NCBI GenBank assembly: GCA_046290825.1
Contig: JBKBTZ010000005.1
Location: 6,873 to 70,872 of the forward strand
Direction of reading: 5' to 3'
DNA length: 64,000 nucleotides
DNA from: Limisphaerales bacterium
GTDB lineage: Bacteria; Verrucomicrobiota; Verrucomicrobiia; Limisphaerales; DSYF01
The notes below the pieces were generated by a model. The model did not search any database and was not told the DNA's origin. It worked only from the letters and a program-made list of their open reading frames with translations. Made by a program: the position numbers and the translations under genes. Of the stretch, positions 18,496 through 27,235 are shown piece by piece (positions within the stretch are counted from its first letter, which is position 1; every line of letters starts with the position of its first letter).

Positions 18496-19700
18496 ACCTC
18501 GAACCGCTCGCCATCACCGCCCTTGCCCTCGCCGCCATCCCAGCGCTGATGTTCCTGTGGAACGCGCCGCAACTGCGGCGGCTGCGTGGCTGGCGGCCCG
18601 CGAGTGACGTTTCACCCGACGCCATCTCCGTCCTCATCCCCGCCCGCAACGAGGCGGCGAACATTCGCGGCGCGTTGACCGCCGTGCTGGCGAACCGCGA
18701 CGCGCGCTTTGAAGTCGTCGTGCTCGACGACCACTCCGAGGACGGCACCGCCGACATTGTCCGCGAGTTCATGGCGGAAGATGACCGCGTGCGCCTCGAG
18801 ACCGCGCCGCCGCTGCCGCCCGGCTGGTGCGGCAAACAACACGCCTGCCATGTGCTTGCCCAGCGCGCCCGGCATCCACTCCTGCTCTTCGTGGACGCCG
18901 ACGTGCGCCTCGCGCCGGATGCGTTGGCCCGGTTGGCCGCATTCATGGCCTCCGGCGAAGGCGCCCCTCCCCCTGCCCTTGCCAGCGGCGTTCCGCGCCA
19001 GCTCACCGGCACCTTCCTCGAAAAGCTCCTCATTCCGCTGATTCATTTTGTGCTGCTTGGCTTCCTGCCCGTGTGGCGGATGCGTCGCTGCACCAAGCCC
19101 GCCTACGGCGCGGGCTGCGGCCAGTTGTTCATCGCCCGCGCCGATGCCTACCACGCGGCAGGCGGACACGCGGCCATTCGCGATTCCCTGCACGATGGCG
19201 TGAAGCTGCCGCGCGCGTTCCGCCGCGCCGGCTTCCGCACGGACCTGTTCGACGCCACGGACCTGGCCACCTGCCGCATGTATCACAGCGGCGGTGAAAC
19301 GCTCGCGGGACTGACCAAGAACGCCCACGAAGGGCTGGCCGCGCCCGCGCAAATCGGTCCGTGGACGCTGCTGTTGTTCGGCGGGCATGTGCTGCCGTGG
19401 CTGCTGCTCGCGCTGGGTCCGTGGTTGACGGCAACGACGCTGAACCTGGCTGCCGCTGCGGCTGCAGCATCCCTGCTCCCCCGGCTGCTCGCCGCGTGGC
19501 GGTTTCAACAGTCCTGGCTGGGTGCGTTCCTGCATCCGCTGGGCCTGCTGATTTTTCTGGGGGTGCAATGGCGCGCCTTTTTCCGGCGGCTGAGCGGAGA
19601 GACCCCGAATTGGAAAGGACGCAGCTACCCGGCCGCACCCGCGCCGGAGGATCAGGAAACGAAGGGCAAACTGGCGGCGTTGCCTGCCAAGGCCGGTTGA
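18492..19700 (+). CDS. crtQ: GT2 glycosyltransferase (probable diapocarotenoate glycosyltransferase CrtQ)
   Basis: IPARNE, DDHSEDGT, GWCGKQHAC, FVDADV, CRMY; ATGA overlap with acyltransferase. Confidence 0.8.
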   Translation: MNLEPLAITALALAAIPALMFLWNAPQLRRLRGWRPASDVSPDAISVLIPARNEAANIRGALTAVLANRDARFEVVVLDDHSEDGTADIVREFMAEDDRVRLETAPPLPPGWCGKQHACHVLAQRARHPLLLFVDADVRLAPDALARLAAFMASGEGAPPPALASGVPRQLTGTFLEKLLIPLIHFVLLGFLPVWRMRRCTKPAYGAGCGQLFIARADAYHAAGGHAAIRDSLHDGVKLPRAFRRAGFRTDLFDATDLATCRMYHSGGETLAGLTKNAHEGLAAPAQIGPWTLLLFGGHVLPWLLLALGPWLTATTLNLAAAAAAASLLPRLLAAWRFQQSWLGAFLHPLGLLIFLGVQWRAFFRRLSGETPNWKGRSYPAAPAPEDQETKGKLAALPAKAG

Positions 19701-19743
19701 TCGGATGAAGAAACTCACCGCGAGCATTGTTGCGGCGGTGAAA

Positions 19744-19818
19744 TGGTGCGCGCTCAAGGGTTCGAACCTTGGACCCCTTCCGTGTGAAGGAAGTGCTCTA
19801 CCACTGAGCTAAGCGCGC
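19744..19818 (-). tRNA. tRNA-Val (CAC)
   Basis: GCGCGCTTAGCTCAGTGGTAGAGCACTTCCTTCACACGGAAGGGGTCCAAGGTTCGAACCCTTGAGCGCGCACCA: full cloverleaf, anticodon CAC, encoded CCA. Confidence 0.97.
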
Positions 19819-19964
19819 CGGACGGTTTGCGGAACGCCGGGAGGTGGCGTGCAAACGTCACAGTGCGGATTATTCGGAGAGACCCCCGCCAAAGCAATTC
19901 CATTCTCGCTGCGGTTCCCGCCGAGTTCTTGGCCTGGCAACCCGGAGCCGACCATTCTCCCGGC

Positions 19965-22900
19965 TCACAAGGAGCGGAACGGCATCGTCCACGGGTCGAA
20001 CCGGCAGACGGCCTGGTAGGCGCACCGGTCGCAGGCAGTTTCGCGTTTGAGCCGATACGGCGAGACCGCCGCCTCGCCGGCAAAGATGCGTTCGCCCGTT
20101 TCCCGCAGCCGCGCCTCGATGTTCGCCAGCAATTCCGGCAGCCCGCCCGGCGGCAGGGCTTCGTTGCCGCGTTTGGCAAATTCCCCTTTCGTGGTCAGGA
20201 CATACCTGAACTGGTCCCCCTTGCCCGCGCCGCGCGCGTCGAACTGCCGCAGCCACGCGCCATCGAACCGCCCGCGATGCTGGAAACTTGCCATCGCCCC
20301 GGCCGCCTCCGCGCGGGTCGCTGCCGAATCCGCCTTGCCCCGGAGCGGCACATAAAACACGCCCGCCGGCACCAGCTTGTCCGCGCCCAACAACACCCGC
20401 GCCTCCGGCATCTGCGCGAGCGCGGCGAGGTAGGCCAGCAACTGAATTTCCAGCCCGCTCTCGAGCTTCGCGTCGTCCATCTGGCGGGCCGAGGATTTGT
20501 AATCGCAAATCACGAGCAACGCCTCGCCTGTCGGCGTGCGGCACAGGTCCACGCGATCCACCCGGCCCCGCAGGAGCAGGGCGCGGCCGCCCGTCAATGG
20601 AATCCGCCACGCGGGCAGTTCCGCATCCCGCAGGCCGAACGAAACCTCCACACGCTCCGGGTCGAACTGATATTGCGCGGTCCAGCCGATGAGCGTCTCC
20701 ACGAGCCGCGCGAGATTGTCCACCAGCGTCGCGGCGGTGAACCGCGCCACTGGGTCGGCGTGGAACAAGCCGTCGCGGAACACCGGAATCAGTTCCGCGC
20801 CAATCTCGCGCACGAGCTGCCGCGCCTCCGCCGGGGCCAGGTCGCGCCAGCGGCGGCCGGACGCCGTGACGCGCCGGTGAAACGCCTCCATTACCGCGTG
20901 CTGGAAACTGCCCCGCTGCCGGACGTCCGGCGCGAATTCCTCGCGCTCCTCGGTCCGCAGCGCGCGGGCGGCGACGTAATGAAACGGGCAGCCGAGAAAC
21001 TGCTCCAACGCGCTGACCGAGGTCGCGAGTTCGCAGCCATACAGCGCAGCCGCAATGGCGGGGCTGAGTCGTTGCTGGGCCAGCGCGGCGCGGGATTGGG
21101 ACCAGCGGGTGAGGAGTTCGGCGAAGTCGTCGAGGTCCACGAGCGCGGACGTGAGGCGTGAGGCGTGAGGCGTGAGGCCGGGTGCGCTGTGCTCGGAGGT
21201 TCGGGCATGTTCGAGCAGCAGGGGCACCTCCAACTCGCGCGGGTGGACGGCCTCCGGCCACGGCGCGGCGGCGAACGGCTCCACCCGAAGGTGCGGCAAT
21301 GCGCGCTGCACAGCAGCCACGAGCGGGGACGGGTTCAGCTCGTTGCCCTCGGCGTCGGCGCGGCTCCACGAAATGACGAGTTCCCGCCGCGCCCGGGTGA
21401 ATGCGATGTAACCGAAGTAACGCTCGTGACCGATTTGCAGCCGCTCGTTCGCACTCAACACCACCCCGTGCGCCTCCAGTTCCAGCCGGTCCGCCTCCGT
21501 CAGCAGCGGCCCGGGCCGGGGAGGCGCGGGGAACACGCCCTCGTTCACGCCCAGCACAAACACCCGCTGCAAATCCGGATTGCGCGACCGGTCCACGCTG
21601 CCGACCAGCACTTGATCCAGCGCGGGCGGCACCGCACCCACCGTCAGCCCCGCCAGACCGGCCTCGAGCACCGGCAGCCATTCCCGCAGCGGCATCGCCT
21701 CGGCAGCGAACGCGCGCTCGACGTTCGCCAGCCAATCATTCATCTGCGTCCAGACGGTCTCGTGCGCCGCGCGCGGCAACCCGAGTTCCGTTGCGCGCTC
21801 GTTCCAGTCCGCCAGCCGCCGTTCGACGTTCAATTCTTCCCACAAGCCGCGCACTGCCGCCACGAGCGATGCCCCGGTCGGGCCGGAAGCATCCGCCGCC
21901 AGTGCCCGCGCGAAGTTCAGGAACGGCGGCATCGCCTTCGCGCGCAAGTGCTCCAGTGGGTGGTGTGGTGGCGTCGTTTCGGGTTTCGGATTTCGGGATT
22001 CGCGTTTCCCGCTTTCGCTGTCCGCTTTGCCCGGCAGCGTTTCCCGCCACACGCGCCCCTGCCAGCCCAGGCGCAGGGCCTCGTTTTCGAGCGCGTCCAC
22101 CTCGTCGTCGGCCAGGGGAACGAGGCCGGTTTTCAAGGCGCCAAACCAGTCCTCGTGCCGCCAGTCGAATGTCACCGTGCGCAGCGCAAACCGCGTCAGC
22201 TCCGCCAGCGGGTGATGCGCCACGGGTTCGCGGCGATCGAGGAAAAACGGGATCGCGTAACGCTCCAGCACCCGGCGCAGGCTGTCGTGATGCAATTCGA
22301 GGGAACGCACCAGCACCGCGCAGTCGCGGAACCGCCCGCCCGCCTGGACGTGCCGCAGGATTTCACGCGCGGCGAAGGTGGCCTCGGCTTCGGCGTGCGG
22401 GCATTCGATGAGACGGACGGCGGGGGGAGGCGCGATGCGTGAGGCGTGGTGAGTGAGTTCAGTAGCGGGGGCCAATGTCATCGTCGCCTGGCCGGCGAGG
22501 GCGCGTTCGAGCGTGGCCAGTTCCGGCGCGTCGGAAAAACGGCTGCGCGCGGGGTCGCGGGGCAGGACTTCGACCGTGGCGGGCCAGGCGCGCAAGGCAG
22601 TGCGGCACCGGCCAAAGGTGCGGCCCACGATCGCCCACGGCGAAAGCCACGCCGGGTCCGTGGCCGGCTCGTCGTTCAGGCAGAACGCCAGCGTCATGCG
22701 CCCGCAATGCGGAGCGAGCGCGGCGAGCAGGGCGATTTCCTGCGGCGTCATTTCCGCGAACCCGTCGAGCCAGAGCGCATCAATCGAAAGCGAGACGCCG
22801 TCAGCGGTTGCCCGGCGCAAGGCTTCCGTGGCCAGGTCGGGCAGGCGGTTCGCGTCCTCGAGGGAACCGCCGGCGGCGCGGTGCGCAGCAAGCCACGTCT

Positions 22901-23411
22901 CATAACCTTCCAGCAGCCGCGCGAGGTCATGCAGTTTGTCGTCGAGCCGTCCGCTGCGGGGCACGCGCTGCGCCAGTTCGACGAGGCGGGCGGGGCCGAC
23001 GCGGCTGCGTTGCAGTTCGCGGAGCAGCAGGCTGAGTTGCGCCGCGAAACCCGTCAGCCGGGCGCTGGCGCGGAACACACGGAGTTGCGCCTGCTCCCGC
23101 GCGAGCAAGGCCCGCAACGCCATGACGCGCCCCTCCTCGCTCAACAATTCCGGCACCGGCCGGCCCAGTTGGGCGAAGACGAAGGCCGCGAGACGTTCAA
23201 AGGAAAGGATGTGCAACCGGGAATAGCCGGGGAGGGCGGCGTCGCCGGAGCCGGCGAGGAGCTGACGTTCGAGCTGGAAGGTGGCCTGCTTGGGCGCGAG
23301 GAAGAGCAGCGACGGGCCGACGGGGGCGCGGCGCAGTTCCGCGCGCACCTCTGCCACGCAGCGGAAGGTTTTGCCGCTGCCGGCGGGACCGAGAAGGAAG
23401 CGCGCCTGCAT
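19965..23411 (-). CDS. addB: ATP-dependent helicase/nuclease subunit B (AddB-like)
   Basis: N-terminal GPAGSGKT, LRGRVDRVD...DYKSS nuclease motif, QLLAY, Fe-S cysteines (GCPF ... ACDRCAYQAVCRFD). Confidence 0.9.
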   Translation of the reverse strand: MQARFLLGPAGSGKTFRCVAEVRAELRRAPVGPSLLFLAPKQATFQLERQLLAGSGDAALPGYSRLHILSFERLAAFVFAQLGRPVPELLSEEGRVMALRALLAREQAQLRVFRASARLTGFAAQLSLLLRELQRSRVGPARLVELAQRVPRSGRLDDKLHDLARLLEGYETWLAAHRAAGGSLEDANRLPDLATEALRRATADGVSLSIDALWLDGFAEMTPQEIALLAALAPHCGRMTLAFCLNDEPATDPAWLSPWAIVGRTFGRCRTALRAWPATVEVLPRDPARSRFSDAPELATLERALAGQATMTLAPATELTHHASRIAPPPAVRLIECPHAEAEATFAAREILRHVQAGGRFRDCAVLVRSLELHHDSLRRVLERYAIPFFLDRREPVAHHPLAELTRFALRTVTFDWRHEDWFGALKTGLVPLADDEVDALENEALRLGWQGRVWRETLPGKADSESGKRESRNPKPETTPPHHPLEHLRAKAMPPFLNFARALAADASGPTGASLVAAVRGLWEELNVERRLADWNERATELGLPRAAHETVWTQMNDWLANVERAFAAEAMPLREWLPVLEAGLAGLTVGAVPPALDQVLVGSVDRSRNPDLQRVFVLGVNEGVFPAPPRPGPLLTEADRLELEAHGVVLSANERLQIGHERYFGYIAFTRARRELVISWSRADAEGNELNPSPLVAAVQRALPHLRVEPFAAAPWPEAVHPRELEVPLLLEHARTSEHSAPGLTPHASRLTSALVDLDDFAELLTRWSQSRAALAQQRLSPAIAAALYGCELATSVSALEQFLGCPFHYVAARALRTEEREEFAPDVRQRGSFQHAVMEAFHRRVTASGRRWRDLAPAEARQLVREIGAELIPVFRDGLFHADPVARFTAATLVDNLARLVETLIGWTAQYQFDPERVEVSFGLRDAELPAWRIPLTGGRALLLRGRVDRVDLCRTPTGEALLVICDYKSSARQMDDAKLESGLEIQLLAYLAALAQMPEARVLLGADKLVPAGVFYVPLRGKADSAATRAEAAGAMASFQHRGRFDGAWLRQFDARGAGKGDQFRYVLTTKGEFAKRGNEALPPGGLPELLANIEARLRETGERIFAGEAAVSPYRLKRETACDRCAYQAVCRFDPWTMPFRSL
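21150..21177. repeat. 7-bp tandem repeat (CGTGAGG)x4 in-frame inside addB
   Basis: Four exact copies; encodes LTPHASRLT. Confidence 0.9.
21976..22017. repeat. Degenerate 7-bp tandem repeat (GTTTCGG-like) inside addB
   Basis: gtttcgg gtttcgg atttcgg gattcgc gtttccc gctttcg; encodes ESGKRESRNPKPET. Confidence 0.75.
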
Positions 23412-23520
23412 GGGGACTTTTTGGCGGATGCCTTCCGGACGGGCAAAGGAATTCGCCCGGAATCCCCTCGACGCCGAGCAACTGTTTGACTCCCCCCGGT
23501 TCCGTGGCAGTGTCGCGGCC

Positions 23521-24078
23521 ATGAGCATTGTCACGAAGACGGGCGACCGGGGCACCACGGCGGTGATGTATGGGCGGCGCGTGCCCAAAAGCCATCCCCG
23601 TGTCGAGGCCTACGGGACGGTGGACGAGTTGAATGCCGCCCTCGGCATGGCCCGCGCCACCACGCCCCACGCGCCGATGCGCGAACATCTGCTCGGCATC
23701 CAGCACGACCTGGTGGTGTTGATGGGCGAACTGGCCACGGCGGTCGAAGACCTGCCCCGCTACGTGAAGGACGGGTTCACGCTCGTGACCTCGGCCATGA
23801 CGCACAAGCTCGACGCGCTCATCCGCGAGCTGGAGGCGCAGAACATCACCTACAAGGGTTGGGCCACGCCCGGGGCCACGGTGGATTCCGCCGCGCTCGA
23901 TGTGGCCCGCACCGTGTGCCGTCGCGCCGAGCGCCGGGTGTGCGCGTTGCAGGAGGCCGAACTGCTGCACAACGCCGAGATCATCATCTACCTCAACCGC
24001 CTGGCCGACCTGCTCTGGCTGATGGCGCGCTGGGTGGAAACGCACGCCCCCGCGCCAACCACCCCGACCACCACCTGA
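23521..24078 (+). CDS. pduO: ATP:cob(I)alamin adenosyltransferase (PduO type)
   Basis: TKTGDRGTT, AYGTVDELNA, ARTVCRRAER, YLNRLAD. Confidence 0.93.
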   Translation: MSIVTKTGDRGTTAVMYGRRVPKSHPRVEAYGTVDELNAALGMARATTPHAPMREHLLGIQHDLVVLMGELATAVEDLPRYVKDGFTLVTSAMTHKLDALIRELEAQNITYKGWATPGATVDSAALDVARTVCRRAERRVCALQEAELLHNAEIIIYLNRLADLLWLMARWVETHAPAPTTPTTT

Positions 24079-24163
24079 CCGCCAACGCGCGCGATCGCAT
24101 CGCCGGAATTCGCTCTTGAATTGCCCGGTTGATTCAGGCGTAAATCCCACCACGGTTGAACGT

Positions 24164-24628
24164 ATGGACCTCGGCGACATCCTCTCGAAAGATCAGATCA
24201 TTCCCGACCTGCAGGCGTCGGACCGCTGGCAGGCGATTGACGAGCTGATCGGCAACCTCGTGGCCACGGGCAAAATCAAGGCCGAGCATCGGGAGGCCAT
24301 CACCGCCGTCGTCCGCAAGCGCGAAACCTCGATGAGCACCGGCATCGGATTCGGCATCGGCATCCCGCACGCCTCCACCGACCTGATCTACGAGGTCGTC
24401 GGCGCGCTGGGCCGGTCCAAAAAGGGCGTGGACTTCAACGCCCTCGACAACCAGCCCGTCCACCTCGTCATGCTTTTCCTCGTCCCCCAGGGCCAGTTCC
24501 AGAAGCACCTCCACACCCTCGCCAACATCGCGAAAATGCTCCACAAGTCCGACTTCCGGCAGGCCCTCGAACAGGCCCCGGACGCGGAAGCGATGCTCAA
24601 GGCCATCCGCGAACAGGGGAAAAAGTAG
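24164..24628 (+). CDS. PTS IIA domain protein (fructose/Ntr type)
   Basis: RETSMSTGIGFGIGIPHA with phosphorylatable His, DFNALDNQPV. Confidence 0.92.
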   Translation: MDLGDILSKDQIIPDLQASDRWQAIDELIGNLVATGKIKAEHREAITAVVRKRETSMSTGIGFGIGIPHASTDLIYEVVGALGRSKKGVDFNALDNQPVHLVMLFLVPQGQFQKHLHTLANIAKMLHKSDFRQALEQAPDAEAMLKAIREQGKK

Positions 24629-24645
24629 CGGGCGGGCCGGATTGG

Positions 24646-24673
24646 GTTTCGGGTCTCCCGTTTCTGGTTTCGG
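24646..24673. repeat. Intergenic degenerate 7-bp array (GTTTCGG-like)
   Basis: gtttcgg gtctccc gtttctg gtttcgg; same unit as the addB array at 21976. Confidence 0.65.
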
Positions 24674-24735
24674 GTTCTCTTGCACGCTTCGTTTCTTGCC
24701 GGAGCAGCGTTTGCGGGTAACGTTCCGGCTCAAGC

Positions 24736-26538
24736 ATGTTCCCGTTCCCGTGGTTCCTCCGCCTGACCGGCTTGGCGTTCTTCGCGCTGGTCGGGTTGTG
24801 GCCCGGCTTGGTCCGCGCGGAGTATCGCGCGACCTGGCTGGCGCGGGATTCCCTCGACACCAAGGACAAGCTGGCCGCCGCGATGGCCACCGCAGCCTCG
24901 AACCATTTCAACGTGGTGCTGGTGAACTGCTGGAGCCGCGGTTACCCGCTCTGGCGCAGCCAGGTGTTCTCGAACGAAACCGGCCTGGCGATGGACCCGC
25001 ACGCGATGTTCGCCGGGCGTGACATCCTGGCCGAGGCGGTGGCCGAAGGGCATCAGCATGGCCTGCGCGTGATGGCGTGGTTCGAGTATGGCTTCGTCGG
25101 CGGATGGACCGGCTACCTGCCCGGCACCAGCGGGAAGGGCAAAATTTTTGACACGCACCCGGACTGGGTGGCCCGCACGGTGACCGGTTCCGAGATGGAC
25201 ACCAGCAACTTCTACTGGATGGTCCACACGCGGCCCGACGTGCAGGACTTTCTCATCGCGATGAAGGCCGAGGTGCTGCGGAACTACGACCTCGACGGCC
25301 TGGAATTCGACCGCATCCGCTACCCGAGCCTCGGTTACGGCTACGACGCCTACACGACGAATCTCTACGCGCAGGAACACGGCGGCGCGCTGCCGCCCAC
25401 CCAGACGAACAACGCCGCCTGGCTCCGCTGGCGCGCGGACAAGTTGAACGCCTTCCACGGCCGGGCCTACGACGCGCTGAAGGATTTGCAGCCGTCGTTC
25501 CTCCTCGCCAACGCGCCCAGCGCCTACAGCGCCAGCGCCTACTCGGCCTACAACAGCTTCGCCCAGGACTGGGTCTGGTGGGTCAACAGCAACAAGGTGG
25601 ACCGCATCGAACTCCAGTCCTACGTCAGCACCGCAACCTCATTCAGCAACATCCTCCAATTCGTTGCCACGCAGGTGAACGACGTGGGCCGCCTTTCCCC
25701 GGCCTACGCGGTGCGGCCCAACGGCAACTGGATTGATTACGCGGAGATGCTCAAGTTCGTGGATGTGGCACGGGCGGGCGGCTTCGGCGGGCAGGCAGGC
25801 TGGTATTTCACCGACCTCAACACCTCGAACTACTTCGGCAACTTCCGCGCCAATCGCTACACCAACGCCGTTGCCCCGCCCGGCTGGCCCGCCGATTGGC
25901 GCGACCACGTCCGCGTCGTGGCCATCACCAACACCACCGACGCCGTGCGCAACGGCACCTGGACGACCAGTGCGAACACCGGATTGACCGGCCCCTCGCT
26001 CTTTGCGGCAGGCGGCTCGGGAGCGACGCTGGACTACTATTTCGAGGTGCCCACCAATGGTGTCTATGAGGTGTATGCGTTCGTGGTGGCGGCGGCCGGA
26101 CGCTCGACGAACGCGCCGCACCTCGTCTTCGACGCCAGCGGCACGGCGCACACCAACCGCGTCAACCAGACCGCGGCCACCAACATGCGCTGGTTCAAGC
26201 TGGGCGATTACCGCCTCGCCGCCGGCCGACAGCGCGTGCTGCAAATCACCACCGCCGGAACGGCGGGCAACGTCGGCGCGGACGCGGCGATGATTTCGCT
26301 CCATCGCCGGCTGTCCCGGACGCCGGAACTGGCGCATGCCGGGGCGGAGAGCCTGACGAACGGGCAGTTCCGCTTCGCCGTGCGCGGCAACGCGGGCCAG
26401 CGCATCCGCGTGGAAAGCTCGCCCGACGCGGTGACGTGGTCGCCGCTCACGACCGTGACGCTCACGAATGTCACCCGCTGGCTGGTGGACTCGAACGCCC
26501 CGGCCAGCGCCCGCTTCTACCGCGCGGTGCTGCCTTGA
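24736..26538 (+). CDS. Secreted GHL10 (DUF187/YddW-like) glycoside hydrolase with golvesin-like domain and RFYR C-terminal domain
   Basis: Signal peptide, YRATWL, AWFEYG, GLEFDRIRYP; GVYEVY...WFKLGDY...ADA beta domain. Confidence 0.8.
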   Translation: MFPFPWFLRLTGLAFFALVGLWPGLVRAEYRATWLARDSLDTKDKLAAAMATAASNHFNVVLVNCWSRGYPLWRSQVFSNETGLAMDPHAMFAGRDILAEAVAEGHQHGLRVMAWFEYGFVGGWTGYLPGTSGKGKIFDTHPDWVARTVTGSEMDTSNFYWMVHTRPDVQDFLIAMKAEVLRNYDLDGLEFDRIRYPSLGYGYDAYTTNLYAQEHGGALPPTQTNNAAWLRWRADKLNAFHGRAYDALKDLQPSFLLANAPSAYSASAYSAYNSFAQDWVWWVNSNKVDRIELQSYVSTATSFSNILQFVATQVNDVGRLSPAYAVRPNGNWIDYAEMLKFVDVARAGGFGGQAGWYFTDLNTSNYFGNFRANRYTNAVAPPGWPADWRDHVRVVAITNTTDAVRNGTWTTSANTGLTGPSLFAAGGSGATLDYYFEVPTNGVYEVYAFVVAAAGRSTNAPHLVFDASGTAHTNRVNQTAATNMRWFKLGDYRLAAGRQRVLQITTAGTAGNVGADAAMISLHRRLSRTPELAHAGAESLTNGQFRFAVRGNAGQRIRVESSPDAVTWSPLTTVTLTNVTRWLVDSNAPASARFYRAVLP

Positions 26539-26568
26539 CGGCCTCGGGCCGTGTGGGAAATTCCCGTC

Positions 26569-26799
26569 GTGAGCCAGATTCTCTACATGGACAAAGGCCG
26601 CATCACGATTCCCAAGGAATGCCGCGAGCGGCACGGCTTGGAGGACGGCGCGCGAATCGAGTTTTACGAGACGAAGTCCGGCGCCCTGGTGCTCAAGCCA
26701 ATGAAGGCGCGCCCGGCCCTCTCGCTGGCGGAACATCTTGCCCGCCTGCCGGATGCGGACGCCCCGGCCCGGAAGGCGCATTGTCCGCCCCGCGCATGA
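26569..26799 (+). CDS. AbrB/MazE-type antitoxin (VapB)
   Basis: MDKGRITIPKECRERHGLEDG...LVLKP; ATGA overlap with PIN gene; start uncertain. Confidence 0.85.
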   Translation: MSQILYMDKGRITIPKECRERHGLEDGARIEFYETKSGALVLKPMKARPALSLAEHLARLPDADAPARKAHCPPRA

Positions 26800-27218
26800 T
26801 CTACTTGCTGGACACGAACACGGTTTCGGAACTGCGGAAGCCCAAGCCGGATGCCCGGTGTGTTGCGTGGGTGAACCGGCGCAAGCTGGAATGCGGGCTG
26901 TCCGTGGTGACACTGGCGGAGCTGGGTTACGGCGTCGAACGCCTGCCCGAAGGCAAACGCAAGGAGCAGCACCGCCGCGATCTGGCGTATCTCGTGGAGG
27001 ATTACCGGGGTCGCTTCTTCGACTTTGACGGCCCGGCAGCCACGGAGTGGGCGCGTTACGCCGCCTTGCTGGAAACCGAATTTGGCGCGGACTGGTGGAA
27101 GACCTTTGATTTCCGTGACACGCAGATCGCCGCCACCGCCCGGGAATACGGTTTGATTGTTGCTACGCGCAACGCGAAGCACTTCCCCTTTTGCGACGTG
27201 GAAAATCCGTTCGCTTAG
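26796..27218 (+). CDS. vapC: PIN-domain toxin (VapC)
   Basis: MIYLLDTNTVSE, LAELGYG, DTQIAATA, VATRNAKHF, ENPF. Confidence 0.92.
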   Translation: MIYLLDTNTVSELRKPKPDARCVAWVNRRKLECGLSVVTLAELGYGVERLPEGKRKEQHRRDLAYLVEDYRGRFFDFDGPAATEWARYAALLETEFGADWWKTFDFRDTQIAATAREYGLIVATRNAKHFPFCDVENPFA

Positions 27219-27235
27219 GTTACTGCCGCTCCGCC

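Noticed and set aside
19744-19818. tRNA-Val as integration site for the carotenoid region
   Set aside because: No integrase and no duplicated tRNA 3' end noticed; flanking composition looks host-like.
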